From contig NC_057754.1 of assembly GCF_004010195.1 (NCBI RefSeq), positions 8,740,566-8,802,565 on the forward strand: a stretch of 62,000 bases of DNA, given 5' to 3'. This DNA is from Chiloscyllium plagiosum (taxonomy: Eukaryota). Shown piece after piece: positions 58,281-62,000 of the stretch. The position numbers and the translations under genes were made by a program. A model generated the notes under the pieces. The model did not search any database and was not told the origin of the DNA. It worked only from the letters and a program-made list of their open reading frames with translations. Each line of letters begins with the position of its first letter. Position 1 is the stretch's first letter.

Positions 58281-60384
58281 CTATCCTTTTCCATCACTAT
58301 TTTAAAACTAATACAATTATGCTCTCCCACTGACACCTCAGTCACCTGCCCTGCCTTACTTCCCAAGAGTAGGTCAAGTTTTGCACCTTCTCTAGTAGGC
58401 ACATCTACATACTGAGTCAGGCAATTTTCTTGTACATACTTAACAAATTCCCCTCCATCTGAACTCTGAACACTATGGCAGTCCCAGTCTATGTTTGGAA
58501 AGTTAAAATCCCCCACCATAACCACCTTATTATTCTTACAGATAACTGAGATCTCCTTACAAATTTGTTTCTCAATTTCCCACTGATTATTAGGGGAATC
58601 TATAGCACAATCACAGTAAAGTGATCATCTCTTTCTTACTTCTCAGTTCCATCCAAATAACTTACCTGGGTGTATTCCCAGGAATACACTTTCCTCACCA
58701 TCTCCCTGGGACCCACCACACTCCCCGTCAACCTTCCTAGTTTAAATCTAGTTTAATGATCCAAACATGTGAACCCTTCTCCCTTGCAGCAACTCCTCAG
58801 CCACACATTCATCTGCTCTACCCTCCTATTCCTACACTCACCAGCTCGTAGCACCAGGAATAATCCAGAGATTAATACCCTCGAGGACTTTCTTTTTAAA
58901 TTCCTGCATCACTTTCTACATTCTCCCTATCAGAATCTCATCCTTTTCCCTTCCTATGTTGTTAGTTCCAATGTGTACAACTAACTGCTGCTGGTGCCTC
59001 CCCCCTTTGAGAACATTCTGCACCCTCTCCAAGGTATCCTAGAGCCTGGCACCAAGAAGGCAACATACCATTCTGATTTCTTGATGCCAGCCACAGAGAC
59101 GTCTGTCTCAGTACCAGAAACCTGGCTTTCAGTGCTACATTCCCCTGACGGTCCATCAGCCCCTATATTTTCCAAAACAGCATACTTGTTTGAGATGGGG
59201 ATAGCCACAGAAGACTCCTGCACTACCTGTCTCACTCTCCTACCTTTTCTGGAGTTAACCCATCTACCTGACTGTATCTGTGGTTTTTCTCCCATCCTAT
59301 AACTGCCATCCATCACACCCCTTAGTTTCTGTAAATTCCTTATTGCCTCTAATTGTCGCTCCAACCGATCCATGCGATCTGATAAGATTCACAACCAAAC
59401 ACATTTACTGCAGACATAATCATCAATAACATGGAAATTCTCCCTAATCCCCTACATCCGATAGGAAGAGCACATCATTCTTCCAATGGCTATCTTTGCA
59501 CCTTAACAATCTACAGATCCATAAAATAGTACAGTCTTACTGCTCTAAAATACACTAACTTAGAATCTATGTTTTATATTTTTAAAACATAATTGAGACA
59601 GATCTCAATAAAACATATAATCAAAAAATGACACACTCTACTCAATTTTGTAGATTTACAAATAAAAAGAATAGCAAGGTTACACTTATTAACTGTACAT
59701 TTAGCTGCTCTTGTGCTGTGGGCTCTCCCACACAGGTTCCTCCAAGAGCAATTGTGAATTTTGCTGCTTGTTAATTTTTCTTAGATGCACTCCGATGTCC
59801 AGAGGTACTTGAACTCAAAGAGCAAAGGCAGTAGCTGTGCAGATTCACTGCTGTGTCAGATAGCGGTGCAGGTTTCGTTCTTGTTTGATTCACTGATCGA
59901 GTGGTCTCTACCTTTGTCTCCCTTTCTCCTTCTTAAAGTGCTGTTTTTTGATATTTTTTGCCCCAAAGTTCCAAAACAATGCAACTGCTTATAAAACAGT
60001 AATTACTGCTCCTCAAATTCGAGGGAATCACCTCCAACACCTAAAATATCCAAAAAAAGGAGCAGCTCTTACAATCACTATTTTTTTCCCATCCTCTATC
60101 TTGGATTATCCAGAATCTGAAGCCACATAATTCATTCGTGTAATGACAGCCAGGCAAACACACACAAGAATCCATCCCAGAAATTATCTGGGTCCAGGAA
60201 GTGACAGAGCGAAGATATTTTCAATTCAAACTTATGAAGAATTACAAGGACATGAGAGGAAAGGGTTTAAACTAGTTTGGCAAGTGGATGGGAACCATGG
60301 CTTATTATCTGAGAGGAGGGTAATTGTAGATGGCAGGATGTAGTGAATGTATCGGGAAGGTTTTTCATGTGATGAAACAAAGGG

Positions 60385-62000
60385 ATCTGTTAAAGTTTGT
60401 CTGCTTCAATGCAAGGAGTGTCAGAAATAATAGTGATGAACTTAGAGCATGGATCAGTACTTGGGACTATTATGTTGTGGCCATAATGGAGATGTGGGTT
60501 TCACAGGGGCAGAATGTTCCAGGGTTTAGAACGTCTAAGAAGAACAGAGAGAATGGAGAAAGAGGAGGGGGTGTAGCACTGCTAATCAGAGTGCATCACA
60601 GCTACAGAAACAAAGGTTGTTGAGGAAGATTTGTCTACTGAGTCAGTATGGGTGGAAGTTAGGAACAGCAAGGGAACAGACACCGCATTGGGGATTTTCT
60701 ACGGACCCCCGAGTAGCAGTAGAGAAATTGAAAAACTCACAGGCTGGCAGATTTTGGAAAAATGCAGATGTAGCAGGGCTGTTGTTATGGGTAACTTCAA
60801 TTTTCCCAATATTGACTGGAACCTTCTTAGTGCAGATGGTTTGGGGATGGAACCGTTTTTGTCAGGTGTGTTCAGGAGGGTTTCCTTACTCAGTATGTAC
60901 ACAGGCCGACGAGGGGAGAGGCCATTTTGGATTTGGTGCTTGGCAATGAGCCAGGACAGGGAGAACACTTTAGTGACAGTGACCACAACTGCCTCACATT
61001 TACCATACCCTTAGAGAGGGAAAGGAGCAGTTACCAAGGGAAGATATTTAATTGGGGAAAAGGAAATTATGACGCTTTCAGACAGGAGTTGGGAAGTACA
61101 GATTGGGAGCAATTGTTCCACAGAAAGGGCACAGCAGACATGTGAAGACTATTTAAGAAGCAGTTGTTACGAGTGATGCACAAATTTGTTCCTCTGAAAT
61201 GGGCAAGAAAGGGTAAGATTAAGGAGACTTGGATGATGAGAACAGAGGAGCTTCTCATCAAAAGGAAGAAGGCAGATTACGTAAGGTGGAGGAAGCAAGG
61301 ATCTAGCACAGCTTTAGGAGGATTACAGACTTACTAGAAAAGAGCTCAGAAATCGACTGAGGAGAGCCAGGAGGGGGCACAAGAAAGGCTTGGCAGGAAG
61401 GATTAGGGAGAACCCAAAGGCAAAGGCATTTTACTCATATGTGAGGAATAAGAGAATGATCAGGGAGGAGGTAGGGCCAGTCAGGGATAACGTAGGGAGC
61501 TTGCATGTGGAGTCTAGGCAGATAGGGGAAGCCCTAAATGAGTTTTTTGCTTCAGTTTTCACGAAGGAAAGGGACCTTGTTGTGAATGAGAACTTTGAGG
61601 AGCTGGGAAACAGGCTTGAACAGATCAAGATTGATGGAAGTTGATGTGCTGGAAATTTTGGCAAAGATTAAGATTGATAAGCCCCCAGGCCAGACCAGAT
61701 TTATCCTAGGTTGCTCCGGGAAGCGAGAAAGGAGGTTGCTAAGCCGCTGGCGAAAATGTTTGCTTCTTCACTCTCCCAGGAGTCATACCAGAGGATTGGA
61801 AGGAGGTGAATGTTGTTCCTCTTTTCAAGAAGGGGCAAAGGGAAATCCCTGGCAACTACAAACTAGTCAGTCTTATGTCTGTGGTCACAAGGTTTTGGAA
61901 ATAATTCTGAGGGATAGGACTATTTGGAAAAGCATAGCGTGATTAAAGGCAGTCAGCATGGCTTTTTGAGGGGCAGGTCATGCCTCACAAATCTTACTGA
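60385..62000 (+). mobile_element. CR1 ORF2 (AP endonuclease to RT start), running off the window
   Basis: VCFNARSVRN, GGGVALLI, MGNFNFPNIDW, DSDHNC, ENPKAFYSY, GNY.LVSL.SV, SQHGF. Confidence 0.93.

Larger units (their letters stand above)
56641..60112 (-). mobile_element. CR1 5' portion: 5' UTR, ORF1 and ORF2 to mid-RT, with nested Penelope mini-element and HE1
   Basis: ORF1 MDRLERQLEAIRNL...VAIPISNKYAVLE; VGDFNFPNIDW; KSCLTNLIDFFEEVTK. Confidence 0.92.

Overview
A repeat-saturated vertebrate genomic window, almost certainly from a shark: HE1/V-SINE-type SINEs and their CR1 (HER1-type) partner LINE dominate; the species cannot be determined from sequence alone. There is one 264-nt assembly gap (5884-6147). 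Host content is a cluster of paralogous C2H2 zinc-finger loci with no KRAB visible: one plausibly intact two-exon gene on the minus strand (CDS 39903-40424), two minus-strand pseudogenes (about 10900-12334 and 21305-22272) and plus-strand relics near 18 kb. Two similarly built CpG-rich YY1/NRF1 promoter-first-exon modules lie about 6 kb upstream of two of these loci. The rest is nested mobile DNA: many CR1 copies (two near full-length with an esterase-type ORF1), a second CR1/L2-group LINE with its own SINE, a hAT transposase fragment, a Gypsy gag relic, a solo LTR, an RTE fragment, a 1.5-kb ORF1-only L1 derivative and a GC-rich non-autonomous element with a 72-bp minisatellite. The most notable signal is at least four Penelope-type terminal-repeat families, each carrying a minimal type-I hammerhead ribozyme (CTGANGA-N-helix II-GAA-palindrome-H). 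Several occur as ~100-bp insertions, some TSD-flanked, that begin almost exactly at the ribozyme core. Boundaries of old repeats are approximate; nothing was database-searched.
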